From Paramecium tetraurelia (lineage: Eukaryota): a stretch of DNA of 64,000 bases. The stretch covers positions 62,001 through 126,000 of the forward strand of contig CT868069.1 in NCBI GenBank assembly GCA_000165425.1, read 5' to 3'. Position numbers and translations under genes: made by a program. Shown here piece after piece: positions 1 to 12,261 of the stretch (the first letter of the stretch is position 1; every line of letters begins with the position of its first letter). The notes under the pieces were generated by a model. That model ran no database searches and was not told the origin of the DNA. It worked only from the letters and a program-made list of their open reading frames with translations.

Positions 1-1297
1 ACTCATTTTCACCCCATTTGATTTTAATAGAGTACGAATCATCATCTGCAGGTAGATTGAGTGCAAAGTAGACCATACACTGTAATGACCATTAATATGA
101 TAAATCAGCCCGTATTTTTTCCAGTGTTTTCTAATCGGTTATCTTTTGCTTGTCCTTTTTAGGTTGTTCTGAATCAACCAATTCCATGGCTAATAATATT
201 CTACCAGCATAACAAGTTCCCAAATCAGGATGACTGCATAAATACACTCTCTATTCTGAATTCGCATCTATGTGTGCTCCATATATATGATACCATTTGG
301 GTTATTGTAACTTAAAACCAATTAATATATTAGATTACTTAGCCACTTAAAATGTCTGAGATTTTAAATAATTGACTACCGGCTATTTCATCTTTTCCAC
401 CCATATCATAATCAAACAGTCTCATTATTAAATATTCGCTTTGGCATGGTGTCATCACAGGCAACTGATAAGGAATATTATCAATATGATTACAAATAGA
501 TTCAATTCCCAAATTGGAGCATTAAGATTTTTAATCAAATCAGTTTGAATTTCTTAACCACCAATTTCAAAAACTACATATGGATCAATGGATCCCAACA
601 TCGAATCCATCTTCATTAGATTGGTGGCTCTTCCTAAAGTGATTTTCAATTATTGTCCCTTTGTTTGGATATGAGGTGGTAAAAGTAATTCCCCTTCAGC
701 AAAGAGATTATTTTTAGATTCCTCTATCTTGCCTCTCTCCTTAATTTCATTATCCATCAATAAAGTGGTTTGTTTATCTGACTCATGCACTACGTTGATA
801 CTGATCTTCAAATATCCAGTGATTTTATTGAAGTCCTTCTCTGGATTGATCAATCCCTAACAATAATAAATTGATGTCCTTACCAACCACTTGTGCAACA
901 ATACATGATCATCCATCATATAAATAGTTGAGAAATCGAATTCGTAGATCCCAACTACTGCATTCCTTCCAAACACTTTGTGATCTAATACTGAAATTTT
1001 CACATGCTATGATTGAATTTACCAACCATTGGAAAAGGATCTTTTGAAATAGAAATGTTCATTCCAAACTAGAGTGCTGTTTGATCCAGTTCCCTTCTTT
1101 TGAGAACTGAATTTCTTCTAGTCCATGGTTTCAATTTGAATTAATGGATCTATTGTACTCTCATTGTCATTTGGATTTTAGAGTGCTCTTGTCTATTGCA
1201 ACAGGATGTGCACTAAGTACTCCCCTGGTTTAAATTATAAACTTTCCTGTTGGGGTTCAGGCTCTTCTTATTGCAATTAATTTTTTTTATCTGCCAT
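1..1297 (-). CDS. Ferlin-like multi-C2-domain protein, 5' part (runs off window start)
   Basis: Ciliate-code translation MADKKNQLQQEEPEPQ...; C2 motifs TIDPLIQIE, LVWNEHFYF, KISVLDHKVFGRNAVVGIYEFD, HVLLHKW, ITGYLKISINV, then a second C2 (SIDPYVVFEIGGQEIQT..NAPIWE); several ~25-nt introns. Confidence 0.75.
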
Positions 1298-1316
1298 ACA
1301 AATTATTAATATTAAA

Positions 1317-2287
1317 TCAAATTTCAATATCCTCTGTGAATTCTTCTGTGCATGATCCACTGACATTGAAATAACTGGTGTGATCTGCAGCAGAGTCACC
1401 AATGATTGAATTGGCACAAGTTGGATCCTCATCAATTCCACCTGAACAAATCTACACATCATATGATAAGCTTTAATTACCTTGTATGACTTGTTGTCAT
1501 GAGCATACCAAACTTCTTGGGGAGGGTGCTTGTAAGAGAATGAAGAGGGTGGCTAATGAATAACCATATCCCTGTAATGAGTCACTCTCCAATGTTCTGT
1601 AGCTCCAACAAAACTAGTAAACCAAACAGCAAACTCATGACTTCCAATACGAGGAGATCCATAAGTAAAGAAATAGTCGACGTTGTATCCGAGTTTCTTC
1701 AAATCAACTGCAGCCAAATAAGCCACTGCACCACCCAAGGAATGGCCAGTCACCAACAATTTCGAAGTGGGATACTTCTCTTTCAAATGTTTTGCAGCAG
1801 CCAACACCTCGGCTGATACGTCATCGTAAGTTTCCCAAAATCCTAAATGAACTTTGCAATTCTTGCAATCTCCAAAATCATGCTTAAAGAACTTGATGTT
1901 ATTGTACCAATTGATAAAGTCCTAAGTACCTAAAATAATGTTATTCACTTCTCATACTTCTGTACACCACAACCACCAAATTTTCCTTCTTGTTATATCC
2001 GACATATGCCTATGCATGGTGATCAGACTTATAGAATGCCTTCACCTCTACCATATCTGGATGGTGATCGCAAAATGAACCACAATTCCAATTTGATATA
2101 CTCTACAACAGTTTATCTATTGTTTTACCTTCAAACTGCATTTTGCCACCTGGGTGTAGTAGAAAAAGCTTTCTGATTGAGTGTGCTAATAAGTCTATTG
2201 CAAACCCATCAGTCTCTCCATCCTTTCCTCAACATTTCCGTGCACAACTGTCAATAATACACAAAGAGCTATTATTGAATACGTCAT
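1317..2287 (-). CDS. Secreted class-3 lipase (triacylglycerol lipase fold)
   Basis: Signal peptide MTYSIIALCVLLTVVHG; VHLGF; catalytic VTGHSLGGA; FTYGSPRIG; RVTHYRDMV; C-terminal DHTSYF; short introns; TGA at 1317-1319. Confidence 0.92.
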
Positions 2288-3439
2288 TGATTTAATGATA
2301 ATATTAATTGAAATTAACCTGTTTAATGACTTAAAAAATCAATTATAATCATAAAGATCTCACTTTAAGTAAGAGCTAAAGTTTATTACAATTAATCAGT
2401 CCATGGAGGCAATAATGAAAACAATAGACACAATAACTCAACTTGGTAATCAAAATTACGATCTCAGATTTGAGAATCAATTTAGACTCATTTGTTTTGA
2501 GTTGATTAGATATTAGACTATTGCATCTAGCAAGTAAAGGAAAGGCTGTTAGTAATGAACAAGGATCTTATTGAAAAAGCATTTAATAATTCAAATCAAA
2601 TTATGTGATATCCAAATAGAGTATTTTCACATAGAACAAGAATGTAGTTTAAGATGTAAATCAACATTAGCCTAAATTCTTCTATTAAGAATACAAAACT
2701 TTTTCTACATTTCCTTCAATCTATTTTAATTATTTAGGATGATAACATTCTTTCGTTCTTTTTCATTCAAAACTTATCTTCAACTTGCTTGCGAATAAAA
2801 CAATTGAAGTTTGATTTTGAAAACAAAGATTTCTTAATAAATTTGATGAATATATTAAATCTATCAAAGTATCATAATAAAGTAAACTATATTTTGAAGA
2901 TATTATCTTTACATTAAAACTATATAACTTAGGTATATAAACATCAATAGCTGACCAAAGAAATAGCCTTCATAATAATTCAATATAAGAGTTTATAAAA
3001 TTTTGTCTAATTCCAACATTTATATGTATTAAATAATTGCAAATAATATTTAACTTTTATATTCAATTTGGCAACTATATATATCTTTATCAATTCTTTG
3101 CTATAAAAACTTAGAAATTCATAAAACTCTCTCTCTATAGCAAGATACTAATTCTATAAGAATCTGATATTAGGAGCTTGGCTTAGGTGTGGATCCAATG
3201 ATTACATCTTAAAAACGCATATAGTTTAATTTATTATATATTCGAAAACCAAACTTTCAAGAGCTTGAATCAATTTTGCAAATTTTACAGCAAAGCCGAG
3301 GGTATAAAATGAATGAATAGATATACAACTTGTTTTAATTATATTAAGTAATTTGATAGATGCCACGAGAGCAACTTTTATATTATTATCAAAGGGATTT
3401 AAATTCAGGAGAGATTGTCAAATATAATAAGAAATAATA

Positions 3440-3805
3440 TCAAAACAAGGTGCAACAGTTTGATTCGTTGCTAATTAGTGGCTATATTTTTTAATTTTTA
3501 TTCTTCTGTTCCTCGCTCATCTTCTATATATTTTAGTTAACATTGGATAGGCGAATTTCACAATCAGAATCTGATGAATCACTATCTATTTGTATCTTGT
3601 TCATAGTTTAATTCACTGCAATTGGTTCTTATGTAAGTGACTAAAAAGTAATTTTGTGATTTCCTCCCTTTACGATTTTATTTCCCTTTGAATCTATACG
3701 AGTTATTGCTTCTTATTCATCTTTTTTGAAATTTTTCAGAATAGATTTAACATTATGAGAAGTTCTACTAGAGTCAGCAATCTAATGTAATTCTGTTTAT
3801 GACAT
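3440..3805 (-). CDS. 121-aa protein with SILK and RVxF-like motifs and C-terminal CaaX (CCTLF)
   Basis: Intronless ATG..TGA frame: MSQTELHQIADSSRTSHNVKSILKNFKKDEQEAITRIDSKGNKIVKGGNHKITFQ...PLISNESNCCTLF*. Confidence 0.75.
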
Positions 3806-4509
3806 TTTAATTAAATTATGCTAATAAACATCTTTTACAGATGAACTTAACTTATCTTTTATCAAAGTTTCAGTTTTCAAGATTTGAAATACAAATCTAA
3901 TGTGTGAGGCTATTAAATGGCCAACACAAATAAGGTATTTCAATGTAAACACAAAAAATTTAGAAGATTGAATTTTAATAAAAAAGAATACAACTTAATA
4001 CTATATTTATGATTAATTCAAGAAAGGTCTTAGCTTTTTAACGAATATTGTATAAAATATAATAAAGGAGAAGGCTTTCAAATTGAAAGAATAGAATTAC
4101 AAAGTTGTAGGAACTTTAAAAACCAAATTTAAAATGTAACTACAATAAGAATAGTATTTTATTAAAGATATTATTTCAATCTAGAATGATATTTATTATT
4201 AATCAATTAGATTATAGAATGAACTACCGTGTAATAATCTATTTTTAATTTAAATTAATAAACTACAAAAATTCGAATTTTGTGAAGGATTATAAGAGAA
4301 CTCATAATAAATTTTTAATAGTGACTCAAAATTCTTATTCATTTACTTTTAGATAAATTTTGTAATTTAACTAGGAAAATAAAGAAAAATATATAAAAAC
4401 ATTAATGAAATTCACAAACTATTAGAATTTATTCTATGGAATAATTTACAAACTAATGTGCACTGTTTCCTTAACTTATTTATAAAGATCATTATATTTG
4501 ATATTATAT

Positions 4510-5731
4510 TCATAACTATATTTACTGTTTTACTAAAAAAGGAAAATCCTAAAATAATTCTTAAGCCTAAGGAATATTAGGTATTTCAGATTATTTCATC
4601 TAACTCTCCAAGACATAATCGAAATTTCTTGTATCCTTTTCAGTTGTCAATAATGGTTCAAAGGGGGGCTTCAGTTTCTTTTAATATATTAAATCAAAAT
4701 CTATATCCTAAAAAAATTCATGCTATTTAATCTATTTAAAACTTAATCGTTCTTCTGGATGGTATTGCAATAATCCTTTAATAAGTGATTAGGCTGATGA
4801 GCTTGCTGTTGGTGGAAATTTAAACTCACCTGTTTGAATCTTAATATATAAATTTTTCTTATTTTCATCTTGGAATGGAGGATGACCGAAAAGCATTTCA
4901 AAAATAATGCAACCTAGAGTCCAAAAGTCAACTGATGCATTATGTCCCTTCTCTTATTCTTAAATTAAATTTTACCCTCAATCATCTCAGGAGCCAAATA
5001 TTCTGCAGTACCACAAAATGAATAATTCAATTCACTATTATCTTTTGCAAGTCCCATATCTGCCAATTTTATGTAACCATCTCTACACAGTAGAACATTT
5101 TCAGGTTTTAGATCTCTATATGCAACTCTAACTGTTTCATGTAAAAATTCAAGGGCCAAAACTAATTAAGATGCATAAAATGCAGTCGTTTTTTAATCAA
5201 ACTTTTTTCTTTTGTTCAAATGATAAAATAATTCTCCTCCCTATACGAATTCCATAACCATATTGATAAATAAAGGCTCTTAAAAAACAAAATACATTTT
5301 TATTATAAAAGGATGATCATATTTCTACAATATGAATCTTTCATCTTAATTATCATTGAATATAATTACAAAGCAAATTCTCTAATTGTTATTTCTTTAA
5401 AATCAACTTTTTCTTTATCTGTTTCATAGCATATAACTTATCCTTAATTTTGACTAAATATACTTTTCCAAATGAGCCCCTTCCTAATAACTAACTCTCA
5501 CTTAATAAATACCTTAATGGGCCAAACATCATTTTGTGTTATATTGAATGTATTTTAAACCTCGAAATCTCCCAATTTCTTTTTAACATCATCTAATTGT
5601 TATTTCAATTTTTGAATTAATTCTTCTGTTATTTCAATCGGCTCCTCCTAACTCTAAATTGACAGAGCAACACTTGATTTCTCTTGATTCTTTTCCCCCT
5701 TTTTGCAACATTATTCCAAAATTTATCCCAT
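4510..5731 (-). CDS. AGC-group Ser/Thr protein kinase with acylation-type N-terminus
   Basis: MGQILEQCCKK start; GRGSFGKV, YAMK, YRDLKPEN, DMG, FCGTAEYLAPE, DFWTLG; AGC tail KPPFEP..DTRNFD..FQDFPF; two short introns. Confidence 0.92.
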
Positions 5732-6226
5732 GTGCCTTATTGTAATTAATTTTATATTATATTTATAATAATTTCTGTGTATCCCATTAAATTACTAAAA
5801 AATTACAAAATGATATAATAAGTCATTTATATTGTGCTATCTTGCGATCCGGATAAAATTGTTATTCAATAATTAAATTATAAACAACAATCTTAAGTCT
5901 CGAAACAATATCCAATTCTTGATTTTTCTATTTATTATGAAAAATTGCCAGATTATTTTTAGTACAATTTAAAAATAAGGTACTTATTAAGAAACGATTT
6001 GTAAGTAATTTAGTTATCGATTTAGATAAATTTTGACAAAATTAATTGCATAAAATTATTCTTAGAATATTATCATTGAGAAGGGGTGCCAATATTGTAA
6101 ATATATTACAATTTGATTAGAATCTAATCAACTTTAAAATTCCTAAATTGAAATTGTTTTTTGTATTAGGGAGGATATTATAAATTAATTTTATTGATTA
6201 ATAATTATTATTAAAAAATAAGAGAT

Positions 6227-7178
6227 ATGAATGAGAACTAGCACAAATATATATAGATATATAGAACTAATGAATCTAAGAATGATAATTCAATTATTAA
6301 TTAATCAAGAAAATCTATTGTAAAAAAATAACTCCCTCTTCTAACTGATGCTCAAAATACTTAACCTTCTTCAAATTTTCAAATAGCTACTTAAAGAAGT
6401 GAAATGTAAAGATCTGGAAAGATATTTGTGCAAAAGAAAAATAAATTAGAGAGCAATAGAATTTAAAGAGAAAGAGAATGTTAGAGCATTTATTAAACAA
6501 TTATAAATCAAAAAGTTACCTAAAAATACACTCTAATTGAACTGTTTAAAAATTTTCTTGAAAATTTTACTCAAATAATCAATATCAAAAATGAGAAGTA
6601 TGCTCTCAATATAATTTTGAAGCTTATATAAAGCATACCAAAAATGTAGGATGTTTTAGATATTCACAAAAGCAAATTTTTAGGAATCACAGCTGATTAA
6701 ATGATAAAATAATTGATTCATCATTGGTTAGATCAATCAATATTTTAAGATTATAGAAAATTTAAGTTGGATCCAATTTATATTACTTCAGTTGATGAAA
6801 TTAATAAAAAGTTTGAAGAAACCTTATTAAATCTCTACGATGAATAAATTAATTAATTCTCAAATAGAATGATCAACCAAATATTCTCATTAAAGTAAAA
6901 ACAATTAAATTTATTATAGGGAAAAATAATTTTATATTGAAGGATAAGTGAAACTATCAAATAGAGGAAACTAGTAATTGTATTAGAAAACATTGTAGTT
7001 AATTGATCGCAAACCTAATTACAGAGCGTTAACCTCTGATGTGGTTGAACGTTTACAGATTTAAGAAGAAAAACTGGGAAAATTTGATTTAATACAGAAT
7101 AAAGAAAGAAGAAAGCAAATGAGTTTAAACCTATTTGTATAAAAAATAAGAGCAAACTCTAAATATATTGATTAGTGA
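6227..7178 (+). CDS. Hypothetical protein (~300 aa)
   Basis: Long TGA-free frame from ATG 6227, one 25-nt intron (~6895-6919), TGA 7176-7178; no motif recognised. Confidence 0.7.
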
Positions 7179-8372
7179 TAATAGAATTCTTAAATAATGA
7201 ATATATTAAATTGATATTTTGCATTAGATTTTTTTGAGTTTGACAAGCTTAAATTAAGAAAAGAAACAAAATTGAGCTTAATAAAAAAATACGATTTATA
7301 ATTTTAAACATATCGCAATAATTATTATTTCATTCATATTTTCTGAATATTATCATGCTCTCCCAAGTCAAATAGATATATTTATTGTTTATATTCTTTA
7401 ATTAGCTTGAAAAACCATAAATCTTATGGACTGAAGTATTTAAATTTTAATGAATTTAGTGTTATCATTACATTCTGATAATGCCATTTATGGTAATAAT
7501 TGAAGTCTATTATTCTTCGGAATTATTTTAAAGATTTAATTTCTTAGTCAATCAATAAAAGCATTATTTATCAAGAGCTGTAGTTTTATGTTTTAAATTT
7601 TATAAAAATAGTTTCTTTAGAAATTGAGTGACAATAGAAAATTAGCTTTTATTGATGCACTTAAATTTAATGCTTTCATTGAGTATGAATTTTACACTTT
7701 AATATATTAACTTTTTTTACCTTCTAAGCATTTTGAGGTTCAGAATCTTATGAATTAATCTTTTTAAAGATTTTCAATAATTTCGCTTAGAATTTTAATT
7801 TATAATATATTTCATAATTATCTTCCGCTAAATTGATTAAATGAATTTCAGTAAGATTTCTTAACAAAATTCTTTAGACATTTGAAAGTTCAATTGAATT
7901 AATTAGCTTAAATTAAATGGAAAATTAAGTTAAATAAATTACTTATTAAAAGAACACAATTAATGAAATTTGATAAATAAATTAAAGAATTTACAACTTG
8001 GCTCTCTACACAGGATAGATTAATCATCTAAATAAACAATTCTGTGAGGATAGCTTTCAAATCAACATATTATTTTTAAGATATACAAAAAGATCAAAAT
8101 TGTACAAATTGCTTTAGAATTTGACATAAATATAAAATCAATATCAAAATATTTTCCAGAATGGCTTTTTAAATAAATGATCATCAATGCCTATTAGATG
8201 TCTAAAATCAGATATTTATTAAGAATTTTCATTAAAGATTAATGGTTAATTTTTTTGGAGATAAAATTGGTCTTTTTGGCAATTTTGTATCTCTGAATTA
8301 GAACAGTTTATAAATTTTAATATGAATAAATTTAATATAGGATAAACTTATTTTAAATATTCTTTATATTTA

Positions 8373-9522
8373 TCAGAAAACGATGGCGGCTAAGACTAAA
8401 CTGGCTGCTAGTATAGCTCCATTCTTGGTGGTTGAGGGTGTTGTGGTTGTGGTTGTAGTGGCAGCTGCTGGTGGTGGTGTTGTGGTGGTGGTGGTTGTTG
8501 CTGCTGGTTTAGTTGTGGTTGTGGTGGCAGCTGCTTCGGCATAATGTAAACGGAAGTTCACTAAAATAACATCATTTTATACATCTCTCTGATTCTTCTT
8601 CTTCTTCAGATTCTTCTTCTGATGATGATTAAGCCTCTGATTCTTCAGATTCTTCCTCTGATGAGGATTAAGCTTCAGATTCTTCTTCTGATTCTTCTGA
8701 TTCTTCTTCGGATGAAGATTAAGCTTCAGATTCCTCTTCTGATTCTTCTGATTCTTCTTCTGATGAGGATTAAGCTTCAGACTCTTCTTCTGATTCTTCA
8801 GATTCTTCTTCTGATGATGATTAAGCATCTGATTCCTCTTCCTCTTCTGATTCTTCTTCAGATGATGATTAAGCATCTGATTCTTCTTCTGATTCTTCAG
8901 ATTCTTCTTCTGATGATGATTAAGCATCTGATTCCTCTTCCTCTTCTGATTCTTCTTCAGATGATGATTAGGCATCAGATTCTTCTTCCTCTTCCTCTGA
9001 TTCTTCTTCTGATGATGATTAAGCATCAGATTCCTCTTCCTCTTCTGATTCTTCTTCTGATGATGATTAGGCATCTGATTCCTCCTCTTCTTCTGATTCT
9101 TCCTCTGATGATGATTAGGCATCGGATTCTTCTTCCTCTTCAGACTCTTCTTCTGATGATGATTAAGCATCTGATTCTTCTTCCTCTTCTTCTTCTTCCT
9201 CGGATGATGATTAAGCTTCTGACTCTTCTTCTTCTGATTCCTCCTCCTCTGATGATGATTAAGCTAAAAGGTCTGAACTTTCTTCTGAGCTTTCTTCTGA
9301 TTCTTCCTCTGATGATGATTGAGCCTCTAATTGACTTGTTTTGAGCTTAAGCTTGTTACTTGTAGCAGCTAAAAGGATATTAATTCAGTTGAGTCAGGAG
9401 ATATGAATTTGTGTATAAATAAATAATATATGGGGGTTAGTGAGGATATAAATGTGTAGTTTACCTTGAGCGCTAAAAGCGAGCATGGAGATGAGCAATA
9501 GAGCAAGAAGTGTTTTGGACAT
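8373..9522 (-). CDS. Secreted, probably GPI-anchored Ser/Glu-repeat protein with Thr-rich stalk (343 aa)
   Basis: Signal peptide MSKTLLALLLISMLAFSAQA; introns 9369-9464 and 8561-8582; 15 x AQSSSEEE(S/E)..; mucin-like poly-Thr/Pro; terminal NGAILAASLVLAAIVF*. Confidence 0.88.
8590..9324 (-). repeat. Coding tandem repeat, 15 units mostly 48-51 nt encoding AQSSSEEESEEEEESD-like peptides
   Basis: gatgatgatt(a/g)(a/g)gc-like anchors at 8621, 8660, 8711, 8762, 8813, 8861, 8912, 8960, 9011, 9059, 9107, 9155, 9203, 9251, 9311. Confidence 0.95.
9369..9464 (-). other. Unusually long (96 nt) spliceosomal intron
   Basis: GTAAAC..TTTTAG with no internal AG; removal joins signal peptide (CAA G|CT GCT) in frame; retention gives an in-frame TGA. 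Confidence 0.8.
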
Positions 9523-10232
9523 CTTCGTTAACTTTTATTATTATTTAAATAAAAATTCAAATCCAAATTTGCTTTAAACTCTAATAATGCGTAATTATGT
9601 TTTCTCAAATCTTTTTTGATACTCTAGTAAAATTAAAATAAAATATATATTTAAAGTTTATTCTCTTAGTATATTAAGATTAAGCAATATTTTATCGAAA
9701 AAACTTGCATATAATGCAATTTTTAATTATCGCCGTTAGATATATAAATTTCCTCATTTTATTTTATTTTGTTTTATGAGGAAAATACATAATTTTACTT
9801 CAGCAAAATAGAGACCAATTTTAATTTAAATATTAAAAAAATTTACAAATTCAAAGCTCCTACCTCGAAGCACCCAAAACTCCCATTAAGCAGGGAAAAG
9901 TGTTGCTTTCCTTTCAGTCAATTATTTTTTATATTTCTTCACATTGGTTATATTTAATATACTTTTCTGTACTTAATTCAAAAATAATCATTTCTTCAAT
10001 AATTGATTGTTAACAAAAAATTTGAAATATCAAATATATGAAAATTTAATTTAAATAAAGGAAATCTTTTAAATCACTGTGAAAATTTCCATAAAACGAT
10101 ACTAGAGCCATTAATCAATTATAATAATTTTTGAATTTATTAATAAAATAGGTAATTTGAGAGGAGTTATTTAAATTTTCTTAAAAAAATTATTGTATTT
10201 TAAATTTATATAATTTTGAAACCTAAAATTAA

Positions 10233-11340
10233 ATGCCCAAATTATAACGTGATCATTTCCATTTTACTCTTTTAATAATATATCTATTCCAAAATCAGCT
10301 GAAAGCTCATTTATTTATGTATTTTAGTTAGAACTTAACAGTAAACTTATTTCTTAAATAGTATTTTAAATGCTTAATTTAAAAACAAAATAGCATCCAC
10401 TTTCAACTTAAAAAAGGCAATATTGGACTACAAAAGAAGACAAATTATTATAAAAGGCTTTAAATTTGCATAATTCAAAATGGAAAACAATCGCTGAGTA
10501 TTATTTTCAAAGAAATGGAAGTTAATTTTCATAAAGACGGAAAAGAATTAAACCTCAAGTTTTAAATATGGATTCTTAATTTAACTTTGAAAGAAAATTC
10601 TGGACTCCAGAAGGGGTTAAATTTCGAGAAAGTCTTATATAAAAGTATATGTTTGAATGGAAACAATCACAAGTTACTTGGATGGTAGAACATCGAAATA
10701 AGTTCAAGAACGTTATAACAATCATTTAGACCCTCTAATTAATAAGAAATCATGGAGTTAAGAGGAAGATCTATAATTATGGTCATTATATTAATAATTT
10801 GGACCAAAATAGTCAAATATTTCTTAAACTCTATAAGGTAGACCGGTATTATATATTATTTAATTGCTTAGGAGAATTCAAAAAAGAATAGATATTATTG
10901 GCACATTAGAAATTCTATGCGAGGAAGAAAACCCATATTATGTTATTCCTTAATTGAAAAGAAGTATTGAAAAAGTTGATTGATAAGTTTATAGTTAGAA
11001 TTATCTATCTTACAGTCCAAGAGCAAAAATTGAAAAAATATTATCAATTATAAAATAAATTGCTTTTTTAAGTCCGAATCCATTAGATATTAGTTTTTAG
11101 AGTGATATAGTATAAAATTCAAAGGGAATTACAAAATAGAGGTTTAGAGGATATTTAAGATTTTTAGGAATGGTTGATGGATAATTAATTTTGTAAGGAA
11201 TTTCTTAAAGTGTTACATTAGTATATGGGGAAGAAGATTCAATTATGTAAATAGAAAATTGGGTTCATATATAAGGTTTGAATTCAATTTATTGCAGAAT
11301 TAGCAACAGTTAGAACTGCAATCAGATAGGAGGTATATTG
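10233..11340 (+). pseudogene. Three-repeat Myb transcription factor pseudogene (boundaries approximate)
   Basis: YWTTKEDKLL..KWKTIAEY..RNGSQFSQRRK; FWTPEG..W / ITSYLDGRTSKQVQERYNNHLDP; WSQEEDL..FGPK(Q)SNIS..GRPENSKKNRYY. 1-nt frameshift near 10664, conserved Trp/Cys replaced, first intron lacks an AG acceptor. Confidence 0.8.
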
Positions 11341-11507
11341 AGGTTTAGAGTTTTAGATGATTGACAATTAAATTAGATCTTAAAATTTTCATTAATTATT
11401 TAATTTTAATTGAAAAGATTTATACTATCAGATTTAAAATACTTCTAGGTTTGTTGAAATATAAACCAAATAATTAAAAATAGTCAAATTCAATTATTTC
11501 TTGCAGC

Positions 11508-12261
11508 TCAAGAGTTGGTTTTATTGTTATTTTATAACTCATAAAGCCTTTATGTCAAGGTCTCAACTTTATTATTTAATTTTTAATTTTCGAATTTAAC
11601 TAATTAATGTTATTCATTAGTCACATCCATAGCAAATTTTAACATCTTTGATTAATCGCTTAATTCTTTAATTTAAACTTCGCAAGCCATTTTCATATCT
11701 ATTAATTCTTGATTACTTTTTAAAAACTTATGTTCTTATTACGTTAATTCCTCCTATAATTGTTAAATTTTTTTTTCATATTGCTCCTTATTTTTCTAAA
11801 TATCTTCCTTATTGTTAGTCCTTTAATCCATTATGTCGAATTCAAATTATCCTATAACTTTTTTCAATCTTTCAATTTCATTTTTTTACTCTCTTTCTTG
11901 ATATGACTTTTATTCTTGAACAAATTAGAATTGTTCAATTTTTTCTGCTATTAAAATTTGGAAAGTAGATTCAGCTCTCTATTTTTCTTCTTTTAAAGAA
12001 CAAATTTGATTATTTAGTTCTTAGATTATTTTGTCGGATTCAGCTTTTTAATAGTAAGATTCTCCTTAAAGTTAAGAAATTCTTTTATCCATCTTCTAAA
12101 TTTATTAAGCTTAGTCATAAAGTTTAGCTTTTAAGTTAAGAATTTCTTCTGTGGGTTCTCGATTTTATTATAATAATTATTTTTACCTAATTCTATTTAT
12201 TACAAAATTTTAAATACCTTTCTTAAATTATTATATCTCTAACATCATAGACTGTATACAT
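11508..12261 (-). CDS. Coiled-coil hypothetical protein (start could lie further upstream, up to ~12459)
   Basis: Q/E/K-rich heptad frame, one 25-nt intron near 12193-12217, TGA 11508-11510. Confidence 0.7.

Noticed and set aside
2403..2558. 51-codon ORF and nearby coding-like fragments in the 2.3-3.4 kb spacer
   Set aside because: No recognisable motif and TGA in all frames nearby; could be a decayed gene but unsupported
8590..9324. Possible CRISPR array or non-coding satellite
   Set aside because: No unique spacers; unit lengths are multiples of 3 with synonymous variation, so it is a coding repeat
8577..9344. ORF-track proteins of 197 aa (K/N/H-rich, -) and 240 aa (Leu/Met-rich, +)
   Set aside because: Shadow frames of the Ser/Glu repeat; the real frame contains TAA/TAG (Gln) and links signal peptide to the hydrophobic tail
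9431..9441. tgggggttag telomere-like word
   Set aside because: Single imperfect copy, no tandem TT(T/G)GGG tract
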